DNA of 64,000 nucleotides from Candidatus Nanohalarchaeota archaeon (GTDB lineage: Archaea > EX4484-52 > B79-G9), in the NCBI GenBank assembly GCA_030634545.1, contig DAOWAN010000001.1:15010-79009 (forward strand), given 5' to 3'. The notes beneath the pieces are model-generated. The model was given only the letters and a program-made list of their open reading frames with translations. It ran no database searches and was not told the DNA's origin. The translations under genes and the position numbers were made by a program. This document shows, piece after piece, positions 41,770 to 50,716 of the stretch. Positions within the stretch are counted from its first letter, which is position 1. Each line of letters opens with the position of its first letter.

Positions 41770-43605
41770 GTGAACAATATGTTGAATTCAAAATTATATT
41801 GCGCTTTAGGTTATGCCTGTAATAATAACTGCCTTATCTGTGTTGTTGATTCTGAAAAAAAAGCCAAAGCAAACCTGCAGACCGTTGAAATTATTAACTA
41901 TCTAAAAATACTGGATACAAATCCCGAGATAAAGAATATTGAGTTTTCAGGTGGTGAACCTACAGTCAGACATGATTTATTTTATATACTTGACTGGGTG
42001 CACCAGCATCATCCAAGAATAACTTATACTATTTTCAGTAATGGACGACGCTTTTGCGATATTGATTTTGCAAATAAAATCTCAGGATATCCTGTAAAGG
42101 ATCTTCTTATTGCAATTCATGGCAAAGATGCAAAGACACATGATTTATTGACACAAAGAAAAGGAAGTTTCAATCAGACATTTATGGGCATCAGAAATCT
42201 TTCTGAGAACAAGGTTAATGTTGTCCTGAAGATCATACCCAACCAGCTGAATTATAGACAGATCCCGGACATTGTAAGGATGTTTGTCAGCCATTTCCCA
42301 TATGTCAGGACCATGACTATCAATGGAATTGATATCGGAGGTTGTGCTCTTGATAATATCGATAAAATAGGTCTTCGCCTTACAGATGCGATACCATATA
42401 TCCAGAAAGGACTGGACATCGCAAATGAGCATGGTCTGAAAGTTTGCACTTATTCAATACCAGAATGTCTGTTTGATGCAGAACATAGAAAATATGTGGG
42501 TCCCCAAAAGAGTCCCCTGTACAATTACAAGTCACCATTTCACGAACTGGACGACAAAGGTGACGAGTATGGATTTGGTCCTCTCTGCAGTGCTTGTTCT
42601 GCAAAAGACAACTGTGCCGGCTGCTGGAACACTTACTTAAGTGCTGTCGGGACCGATGAATTAAAACCGATAGTCAGACCAAAAAGCAATCCCTTATCAT
42701 CACCTAAACCCATGCAAAAAAATCGTTATGTTATTGAGATAACCGGTGCCTGTAATAATGATTGTATTTTCTGCCTGTACAACGGCAGCAGAAGTGAATC
42801 TATTTCATATGAAGATATTGTCTCACGCATACAAAGTTTTAACATGAAAAAGGGAGAGCAAGTATCATTATGTGGAGGTGAGCCGACATTAAGCATGGAT
42901 TTTGTAAAGATAATAGACTATGCTGTTTCAAAAGGGTTTCGCATCTCTGTAATATCAAACGGGAGAAAATTTTCAGATAAGCTATTTACAGAACAGGTAA
43001 TTAATGCCGGAGTATCTCATATCACTATTGATATACACGCTCATACAAAAGAACTTCATGACTCCATAACCCAAAAAGATGGGAGTTTTGATGAGACTGT
43101 TCGCGGCATAAGAAACCTGCAATCTACTGGCGTGGCACTCACACTCAAAGTGATAGTCAATAAACTGAATTATAGATATCTAAAAAACATCATTGAATTC
43201 ATTGCTGTAAATTTCACAGGTATAAAATCAGTCGTTTTTGCATCCATCAGTATCAGAGGCAGTGCATTGAAGAACAAAGAACAAGCAATTGTGAAATTGA
43301 ATGAAGCAGCACCATACATACAAAAAGCAATAGATAAAGCACAGGCATCAGGCATTCGTGTTGATCTGGATATGTTTCCATATTGTATTTTTGAACATAA
43401 GTACTTTAAGCAGATCCGTATGAGAAAACAGGACAATTTATTTCTTCTGGATGATAGTTGTGTTGTGAAACCCGACAATGCTTCAAGTGTTAAAGGCAGC
43501 TTTCCATTTTGCAGGGAATGCCGGTTCGCCAATAAATGCCCAGGTGTATGGAAAAACTACAGGGATATTTACGGTGAGAGTGAATTTAAATGTATTCACA
43601 AATGA
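41770..43605 (+). CDS. HxsC-like radical SAM protein with two tandem radical SAM domains
   Basis: CNNNCLIC and CNNDCIFC; each with GGEPT, SNGR, IH...HD..TQ..GSF, P.C and a terminal CxxCxxxxxCxG.W..Y. Confidence 0.85.
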   Translation: MNNMLNSKLYCALGYACNNNCLICVVDSEKKAKANLQTVEIINYLKILDTNPEIKNIEFSGGEPTVRHDLFYILDWVHQHHPRITYTIFSNGRRFCDIDFANKISGYPVKDLLIAIHGKDAKTHDLLTQRKGSFNQTFMGIRNLSENKVNVVLKIIPNQLNYRQIPDIVRMFVSHFPYVRTMTINGIDIGGCALDNIDKIGLRLTDAIPYIQKGLDIANEHGLKVCTYSIPECLFDAEHRKYVGPQKSPLYNYKSPFHELDDKGDEYGFGPLCSACSAKDNCAGCWNTYLSAVGTDELKPIVRPKSNPLSSPKPMQKNRYVIEITGACNNDCIFCLYNGSRSESISYEDIVSRIQSFNMKKGEQVSLCGGEPTLSMDFVKIIDYAVSKGFRISVISNGRKFSDKLFTEQVINAGVSHITIDIHAHTKELHDSITQKDGSFDETVRGIRNLQSTGVALTLKVIVNKLNYRYLKNIIEFIAVNFTGIKSVVFASISIRGSALKNKEQAIVKLNEAAPYIQKAIDKAQASGIRVDLDMFPYCIFEHKYFKQIRMRKQDNLFLLDDSCVVKPDNASSVKGSFPFCRECRFANKCPGVWKNYRDIYGESEFKCIHK

Positions 43606-43625
43606 TAATATCATGTGATTGATTT

Positions 43626-45047
43626 ATGGATGACAAAACATTTGCACTGAATGAATATTTTACAAAATCTTTAGCAGATAATCGCATTCTTGTAACTACA
43701 CGGCATGGTTCATGGTGTGAACTGGACAAAAGAGAGTATGACTTGCTACAAAGACAGAATTTTGAACACGACAAAGTCCTGTTTAAGAAACTAAAAGACA
43801 TAGGCATTATTCTGACAGAAAGTAATGTTGAATCTGTTGTGAAAAGGACTGCCCTGATGTTTGATGATTACAGGCAGCGCAATTTTACATGCGTGATTAA
43901 CCTCACAAATAAATGTAACCTGGATTGTGCATATTGCCTTGCAGAATCAGGTCCAAATCAGGATGAACAGGATATGTCTATTGAGAATATGTATTCATTG
44001 GTAAAATTTATTAATGGCTCTCCATGGGATAGCATAGATATTGAATTCCAGGGTGGAGAGTCTACCCTGCGATTTGATCTTATCAGGAAGTTTGTTGAAA
44101 TTATTGAGAGTAATCTGGATAAGCATAAGGAAATAAGACATTTTGTACTGGTCACAAATCTCACCTGTTTTAATAAAGAGATTGCAGATTATATTGTCAA
44201 AAAGAATTTTCGGATTGGCTCTTCACTGGATGGACCAGAGAAACTGCATGATTTTCAAAGGGCATTTCCTGACGAAAGTGGTTCTTATGAAAAAGTAGTT
44301 TACTGGGCAGATTACCTGAAAAAACGAGGAGTACATATCGGGTTTTCATCTACAATCACAAAAAAAAGTCTTGAATTCGGTGCGCGCGCAATTATCGATG
44401 AATACATGAACAGAGGTATGGAATATGTTATGCTCCGACCGTTTACATCATGTGGAAGAGGTGAGGACAGGACTGACCTTGTGATGGAACCAGAGGATTT
44501 TTTTAAGTTCTGGAAAGATGCTGTCGATTACCTTGTTGAACTTGCAGATAACGGAATATACATGTCTGAAAAGAATCTTGGACAGATGATAAAAAATATT
44601 TTTACACCTTACAGAACATATATGTGCCTAAAAAGACCATGTGGTGCTGCTATTTCCCAGATGTCCTTTATGCAGGATGGCCCGATATATGCATGTGATT
44701 CCGGGAAAAGGATTGAAGCATTGAAGATCGGCAACTATGTCAGTGGAAAATATGCAGATACATTACTAAATAGTCTGCAACTTAGGACTTTGTCTTCTGA
44801 AGCGCAGCCATTGTGTGATACATGTGTATATACTGCATTTTGCGGTACCTGCATAAGCAGGATGTTTTCAAGCTGGTCTGATTCTGTAGGAAGAACACCA
44901 AGGGATTTTGACTGCAAAGTTCACAAGTGGATGTTCACATACATTTTTAAGAAAATGAATGATCCTCGATATGCGAAACTATTTAGCAGACTAGCTGGCG
45001 CCGGGCGCGGTGATGATACACCATGCAGAACGCATGAGGTCAGTTGA
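43626..45047 (+). CDS. hxsB: HxsB-like radical SAM/SPASM peptide maturase
   Basis: RRE-like N-terminus (ILVTTRHGSW), CNLDCAYC, IEFQGGE, SLDGP..LHD, PCGAAISQ...DG.IYACD, CDTCVYTAFCGTC. Confidence 0.88.
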   Translation: MDDKTFALNEYFTKSLADNRILVTTRHGSWCELDKREYDLLQRQNFEHDKVLFKKLKDIGIILTESNVESVVKRTALMFDDYRQRNFTCVINLTNKCNLDCAYCLAESGPNQDEQDMSIENMYSLVKFINGSPWDSIDIEFQGGESTLRFDLIRKFVEIIESNLDKHKEIRHFVLVTNLTCFNKEIADYIVKKNFRIGSSLDGPEKLHDFQRAFPDESGSYEKVVYWADYLKKRGVHIGFSSTITKKSLEFGARAIIDEYMNRGMEYVMLRPFTSCGRGEDRTDLVMEPEDFFKFWKDAVDYLVELADNGIYMSEKNLGQMIKNIFTPYRTYMCLKRPCGAAISQMSFMQDGPIYACDSGKRIEALKIGNYVSGKYADTLLNSLQLRTLSSEAQPLCDTCVYTAFCGTCISRMFSSWSDSVGRTPRDFDCKVHKWMFTYIFKKMNDPRYAKLFSRLAGAGRGDDTPCRTHEVS

Positions 45048-45920
45048 ATGGATCTTTTCTGGCTAATCAAATTACTTAGTATTGTTATTGCCCTTCGTTA
45101 TCTGAGGATATTTAGCATGCATTCTGTTGCAATTTATTTAACCGGGGCATTTGCCATGGTTTTTCTGAAACCAAGAGCGCATTATTTCGTACCAGAATAT
45201 ATTTTAATAATGACAGTTTCATTGTTTTTTGCTTATATTTTATCTCTTTCAGTATATGACTTTTTAAGAAATATCAAAAGTATTAAATTTGAATCCATTT
45301 TGAGTAAAGATATTCTTGAAAGATATGGCGACTTCTTTTTTGCCATGTTTGTGATTTCATCCATATTATCTTTTTTTAATCTCCCATTTATCGGGACAAT
45401 ATTTTTTATGATAGTATTTTTTATTGCTCTTGAGATTATCCGCCTTAATATGCATGGCGAAACACAATGGTTCTTTAATTACAGAATATGGTCCGCTGTC
45501 CTTTTTTTGTATTTTGTGTTCTTTAACCAGTTCCCGGTTCTTCTGATTGTTATTCAACAAAGTATTTTTCTATGTGGACTGTTATTTATCTTCTCATTCG
45601 TACGATACTTCAACGTATATGCCTGCCCATTAGATGAACTCAAGGCAGGAATGGTTCCTGCTGAAACAATCATAAAAAAAGGCAGTACATTTACCAAGGA
45701 AAATGTGCCATATATCTCCCCTTTTGTTTATCTCAGGAAAAAAGTGATTAATAAGATATTTAAAAGACATGAACTGATAACTCCTTTCAGGCACTTGACC
45801 AATGACTCCATCAAGATATTGAGAACTAAGACACATTTCGATATTTTAATGGTACAAAGAACTATAGATATGAGCATTTTTTTAATTTTAGGCATCATTG
45901 CAACCTATTTTGTCAGGTAA
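45048..45920 (+). CDS. multi-pass membrane protein with A24 (FlaK/EppA-like) prepilin-peptidase-type C-terminus
   Basis: About 8 TMs; LDELKAGMVPAETI...LT..SIKIL...VQRTIDMSIFLILG resembles archaeal A24 C-terminal domains; canonical GxGD not seen; abuts the hxsB stop. Confidence 0.5.
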   Translation: MDLFWLIKLLSIVIALRYLRIFSMHSVAIYLTGAFAMVFLKPRAHYFVPEYILIMTVSLFFAYILSLSVYDFLRNIKSIKFESILSKDILERYGDFFFAMFVISSILSFFNLPFIGTIFFMIVFFIALEIIRLNMHGETQWFFNYRIWSAVLFLYFVFFNQFPVLLIVIQQSIFLCGLLFIFSFVRYFNVYACPLDELKAGMVPAETIIKKGSTFTKENVPYISPFVYLRKKVINKIFKRHELITPFRHLTNDSIKILRTKTHFDILMVQRTIDMSIFLILGIIATYFVR

Positions 45921-45984
45921 TTTATTGTATAGTGAAGGCATGAAATAAATGAGCAAACATCACAAAAAACCAATATGCCTTCGT

Positions 45985-46319
45985 CTATCCGGGAAAATCT
46001 TCGATTTTCTGGATTTTCGAAATGTTCACCCATTTCGAATTTCGAAAATTGGAAATTTATGATAAATTTTCAAAATTTCGCAAATCGTTCCGATTTCCTA
46101 TATCGCTAAAAACGCATGCGTTTTTGCGACACTAAAATTCCCGTGGAATTTTAAGTGTTGCGAAATTAGGAATTGCGTAGCAATTCCGCAATCCTAAAAT
46201 TGCAAAGCAATTTTAAGGATTCTGGCAAATCCACAGATTTGCTGAATCATAAAAATAACAACGTGATTTTTAATGATATGGCAAGGCACTGTACTCAAGT
46301 TATTAGTGCCTTGACTATA
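45985..46319. repeat. modular multi-hairpin repeat element, copy C
   Basis: CTATCCGGG start, 46075-46193 about equal to 41474-41592, terminal ATATGG-stem-ACTATA. Confidence 0.85.
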
Positions 46320-46335
46320 GATACATTGCATCTGA

Positions 46336-48147
46336 CTAACAAGCAGAATCCGTAGTATGTATACCAGTGCATGAATTACCATCACAATCATTATCTTCTA
46401 CTTTATCAATAAGGATATAAAACTGAAGTGTCGGATTCACCCACTGATTTGTGCTAACATCATAATATTTGTATTTTGCATCTGTAATCTTTACAAGAAC
46501 TTTGATATGTTTCAAAGCATAAAAGTGACCATAGGTCACAGTACAGGTTACTTTACGACACTTAATGGGATTGCCATCAGTGCCACAGTCACCATAACCA
46601 CACGTGCAGCTACTCACACTACAATCACTTTTCATATGATCATGATATGTCAGATAAGCATCAGATCCAGTCTCTACATTATCCCCGCCAGTGCATTCAT
46701 CCGTCCCGGAACCGAAAGAGGTATGATCATTTGTATGACCATCTGCACAGTCCATTCTAATACTTACAGGACCAACGAACTCCCACACCAGATCATCAGA
46801 ATTATAAATCGTATTAAGATTAGTTTCAGCACTATTCAGAGCAGATTGAATAATATTTAAGAAATCATTCTCATCATATTTATCCGTATCATCATTAGGA
46901 CACAAAGGTTCACAGCTATCACAACAACCACCCAGACAGTTACCACTACACTCATCGCAACAATCACGCGTTTCACTTTCACGATGATAGTCATCAAGAG
47001 CATTAAGCCCATCAAATACCTTGTTTTTTATGAGTGTATCAAGATTCAACAAAAGATATTCACCTGCATCACTAAGCGCATAATGCCTGACTTTGATCTC
47101 CTCTTCTATCAGCCCGGAACTCGTTATTGTTACAAGATTATCATCCGGTTTTCCAAACAGGTCTTTTACTGAAAGTGTTATGCCATCTTCCTCAGACCAT
47201 ACTATACCTTTTGTGAAACTACCGGGAATATATATACCCTGCAGTGGTTTGATTTCTGTAACGATATCATTTTCCAGTTCGGAATTTTTTTCGGTAAGCA
47301 GCGTTTCCATATTAGCATGATATTTATTAAGATTTTCTGTAAACAGTTCATTTTGTGCATGTATAATATTATTATCATAAATTGTAATACCTATTTGCTT
47401 TATTACTGCAACCTCATCTACTTCACCAATTGAATTAGTACCATTGAACTGTATAGTCAATGGACATTCATTTCCAGCCGCAAGATTACCTGCACCAATA
47501 TCAGTTATTATGTACTCATATGTCCCGTCATAGGTTATTATATTTGGAGTCGGAATTACCGGTTCAATGGTAATCCCAGGACCCCCTGTAATCTGCACTT
47601 CTCCTTTCTTTATCATAATCAGATTGACAACCATGTGCATATCATATACATCATCAGCTAGTTCCTCTATATACTGTTGAAGTTCACCATCCTTATTAGA
47701 CTTAACGCAATAGTTGAGTTCCCCCACCAGAATATTAGGATCTTTAGCTACCAGATATGGCACTCGCATATCTGTTCTCATGCAGCCCGGAAGCGCCCAA
47801 TAAGGTATCGCTGTAGATCCGCTTTCAATTCTCAGTCTGGGTCCTGTACCATCCACATAGCCATCCGCATTCGTATCGACAAGAGTATCCTCTGGAAAGT
47901 TACCACCCGCCATCAACTCTTCATGCGTTTCCATCAATGAATGAAATGCCGCTGTCTTCTCAAAACCCTGCTTTATATTCTGGATGTTTTTGTCCATTGT
48001 AAGGCTGAAGTATTTATTGTAAAGATTAATTGATTCCTTTGTACCCCATATTAATTCACCGCTTACTCTTAGAATCATGACACCAAGTACAACCATTATA
48101 ATAAATACACTTATCATTACCGTCATATTTGCTTTATTATAGTTCAT
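46336..48147 (-). CDS. pilin-like/surface protein with Cys-rich C-terminus
   Basis: NKA|NMTVMISVFII class III-like N-terminus; acidic, many Cys. Confidence 0.65.
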   Translation of the reverse strand: MNYNKANMTVMISVFIIMVVLGVMILRVSGELIWGTKESINLYNKYFSLTMDKNIQNIKQGFEKTAAFHSLMETHEELMAGGNFPEDTLVDTNADGYVDGTGPRLRIESGSTAIPYWALPGCMRTDMRVPYLVAKDPNILVGELNYCVKSNKDGELQQYIEELADDVYDMHMVVNLIMIKKGEVQITGGPGITIEPVIPTPNIITYDGTYEYIITDIGAGNLAAGNECPLTIQFNGTNSIGEVDEVAVIKQIGITIYDNNIIHAQNELFTENLNKYHANMETLLTEKNSELENDIVTEIKPLQGIYIPGSFTKGIVWSEEDGITLSVKDLFGKPDDNLVTITSSGLIEEEIKVRHYALSDAGEYLLLNLDTLIKNKVFDGLNALDDYHRESETRDCCDECSGNCLGGCCDSCEPLCPNDDTDKYDENDFLNIIQSALNSAETNLNTIYNSDDLVWEFVGPVSIRMDCADGHTNDHTSFGSGTDECTGGDNVETGSDAYLTYHDHMKSDCSVSSCTCGYGDCGTDGNPIKCRKVTCTVTYGHFYALKHIKVLVKITDAKYKYYDVSTNQWVNPTLQFYILIDKVEDNDCDGNSCTGIHTTDSAC

Positions 48148-48176
48148 TTATTCACTTCATATTTTCTTGTATTCTG

Positions 48177-48842
48177 CTAGACTAGGAGATCTTTGCAACA
48201 ACAGTGATTTATGTCACATGCATATTTATCTTTGCATATACCGCCAAATATCTGACACGTCTTTTTTTGTACACAGTACAAATCATCATCCTCTGGACAC
48301 GTCGATTTATCAGTATCTATTTCAAAATTTTTCTTTATTTTCAATACTGCAATAGCAATCCCATTATTTTTTGGTAGAGCTATGTGTTCCTCTTCTATTG
48401 AGATATCACCTTCATCCAGTTCCCATCCAACTGTCAGATAATTCATATCTCCATATTTCACATAAAAATAGTACTCATCAATGTAGAGTCTATCTGCATA
48501 TTCTTCTATGCATTCTCCTATCTGTATGATATCTTCATTGCCATTATATTCTATTTTAATGTCATCATCTGCATCAGGGATTGGACTTTGCGAAAGTGCT
48601 ATTGCGATTACATCTTTGAGTGGCAGTGTTGTATTTGAAGTGCAGTGATTATTGTTCAAAAGCACATATAGATACGTATCCACAGTTGATGTTTCCTCTG
48701 CAAATTTTAATGTTTCAACTGCCTGTTTTGTGAAAAGTACTTGTGCCAGAATTATCACCACAGCACAGACCAGCAGTATTACCATAGTCAAATAGATGTC
48801 AAACATCATTATTCCCTTCTTGTGCGTGTTTCGTGTATTCAT
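48177..48842 (-). CDS. class III signal-peptide protein with C-terminal Cys-rich motif
   Basis: KKG|IMMFDIYL; C-terminal C..C....C...GG.C.....C....CCC. Confidence 0.75.
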   Translation of the reverse strand: MNTRNTHKKGIMMFDIYLTMVILLVCAVVIILAQVLFTKQAVETLKFAEETSTVDTYLYVLLNNNHCTSNTTLPLKDVIAIALSQSPIPDADDDIKIEYNGNEDIIQIGECIEEYADRLYIDEYYFYVKYGDMNYLTVGWELDEGDISIEEEHIALPKNNGIAIAVLKIKKNFEIDTDKSTCPEDDDLYCVQKKTCQIFGGICKDKYACDINHCCCKDLLV

Positions 48843-48844
48843 AT

Positions 48845-50005
48845 TTACACCTGTTTCAACAATACATTCAACTGTGTTGATTGTCCTGATTTATATAGCA
48901 ACGTGCTTTTTTCATAATCTTCATATCCGTCTTTAGTTATCTTCACATTAACATATCCGGATGTAGAACCAGCTATAACTGTTGAGAAATCTATATTTTG
49001 TATCAGATAATCACCATCTTTATCCGATTCAGTGGAGAATAAATTCTCCGGTATTTCGATTAATGCTCCTTTTATTGGTTCTCCTGTAGCATCATCAGAT
49101 ATTGTTCCTGTAAGGTGCGCGTATATTAATTCGTAATTCTCTGCACATCGTCTGTTTGTTTCACAAATTTCAGATTCGCAACTATCCTTTAATTCTCCAA
49201 GGCACGGCTGACCCAGTATCAATTTGTCAGGTATAGAACCCCCCGCACACTTTTGTTCATCTGTGCAGTCAAATGTTTCACATTCACAATCATTGGAACA
49301 CCCATCCCCTGATTTTTTGATATATGTACATTCTTCTGGCTGACATGTTGCATTTGCCTGCCCCGGACCCTTTATGCAATTCTCTAAAAAGCAATTATTT
49401 ACAGCGTATTTGTAGATATGTGATATATGATCTAACTCTGAACCAGCGATTGTTGTTTTACCTTCGCTTTTGTAATCACAGAACATTTCATCCTGAAGTT
49501 TGTCAGTCCATGTATTTGTCTCAATATTCGCACTAAGTATTGCAGTATGATATTCATCCAGCAATACATATCCGAATTCCTCATCCACAGGTTCACTATT
49601 CGTATTTAACTGTATTATCATGTCGAAGTCAGGTTTCATCTTTTCTATTATCAGCGGCTGATAGTTGCTGAATGTCCATCTTTGCCTGCTCTCAAGATCT
49701 TTTATATCTATCCGGTATTTGATATTGCCAATATCCAGACAGGACAATGTAGCACTATTTAATTCAGAAGAGATTCTTATCTGATCCACAATGAATTTCC
49801 TGATTTCCACACGGTCCCCTAGATTATTATTTGTACAGGGCGCTGTAAGATAATTATTAAACATTGCTATTTCAAGGCTTTCCTCAGATAATATATCTTG
49901 TATCTGTTGTTCATCTGATGTACTTACCATGGAAAATATAAGGAAAAACATTAGTAATGATAATGTAATGAATATAACGATCATCTGAATTGTTTCACCA
50001 GCCAT
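48845..50005 (-). CDS. membrane-anchored surface protein with Cys-rich repeats and a carboxypeptidase-regulatory-like domain
   Basis: Start MAGETIQ with TM; GTISDDATGEPIKGA...DG.Y...KDGY beta-sandwich. Confidence 0.7.
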   Translation of the reverse strand: MAGETIQMIVIFITLSLLMFFLIFSMVSTSDEQQIQDILSEESLEIAMFNNYLTAPCTNNNLGDRVEIRKFIVDQIRISSELNSATLSCLDIGNIKYRIDIKDLESRQRWTFSNYQPLIIEKMKPDFDMIIQLNTNSEPVDEEFGYVLLDEYHTAILSANIETNTWTDKLQDEMFCDYKSEGKTTIAGSELDHISHIYKYAVNNCFLENCIKGPGQANATCQPEECTYIKKSGDGCSNDCECETFDCTDEQKCAGGSIPDKLILGQPCLGELKDSCESEICETNRRCAENYELIYAHLTGTISDDATGEPIKGALIEIPENLFSTESDKDGDYLIQNIDFSTVIAGSTSGYVNVKITKDGYEDYEKSTLLYKSGQSTQLNVLLKQV

Positions 50006-50028
50006 AAAATCACTGAAATAAATTAATG

Positions 50029-50499
50029 TCATTGTGTGACATATTTGCAACTATTTTGTTTTATGTCACAGCATTCTTCCCCTGCATCACATATTGTTAT
50101 CTGCGGCTTGCATTCAATTATTCTTTTTGATATGCATATCCTTTCTGTGCCTGCCATATTCTCACTATTAATTACATTTTTCTGGTAATGAGGCATTGCA
50201 AACGAGTGTATCATTCCAGATTCATCTGCAAGAGTGTGCGTTTGTTCAATAAATGTCAGACGTACATGCGTCTCGTTCAGTTCATATGCAAAGTTCTTTT
50301 TCAGATCAAATTGCCTTACACCCTGTTCAACTGTCGCTAGATTCACAATTATACTTGTAATCGCACGTGTTGTCTGATCTGTTATTATGTCAAGTTCTGC
50401 ACCAGTAAGTCCAGTCATCATTTTCGTACCAACAACCACTACAAGAGCAGCAACAATTAACGAACCTAAAATAGTGATAATCTCTACAGTTTCTGACAT
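50029..50499 (-). CDS. pilin-like membrane-anchored protein
   Basis: N-terminal TM, C-terminal Cys; operonic. Confidence 0.6.
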   Translation of the reverse strand: MSETVEIITILGSLIVAALVVVVGTKMMTGLTGAELDIITDQTTRAITSIIVNLATVEQGVRQFDLKKNFAYELNETHVRLTFIEQTHTLADESGMIHSFAMPHYQKNVINSENMAGTERICISKRIIECKPQITICDAGEECCDIKQNSCKYVTQ

Positions 50500-50529
50500 A
50501 TATTACAACCTCTCTTCACTTACTACAAT

Positions 50530-50694
50530 CTATTTCTTTGATGCAACATCCACAATTTCTGCCGGTAGGTTAACAAGTCTCAATATATCAAGAACATTTC
50601 CAAAAACCCGGTTTACTGCAATGACAATCACAGCAGCAGCTAACATCGCAATCAATAATCCACGTATCCAGCGCGGAATTTCCATGACACCCAT
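50530..50694 (-). CDS. micro-pilin-like small membrane protein (54 aa)
   Basis: Manual translation MGVMEIPRWIRGLLIAMLAAAVIVIAVNRVFGNVLDILRLVNLPAEIVDVASKK*; AGGTGA RBS. Confidence 0.65.
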   Translation of the reverse strand: MGVMEIPRWIRGLLIAMLAAAVIVIAVNRVFGNVLDILRLVNLPAEIVDVASKK

Positions 50695-50716
50695 TTATCA
50701 TCACCTGTTTTACATT

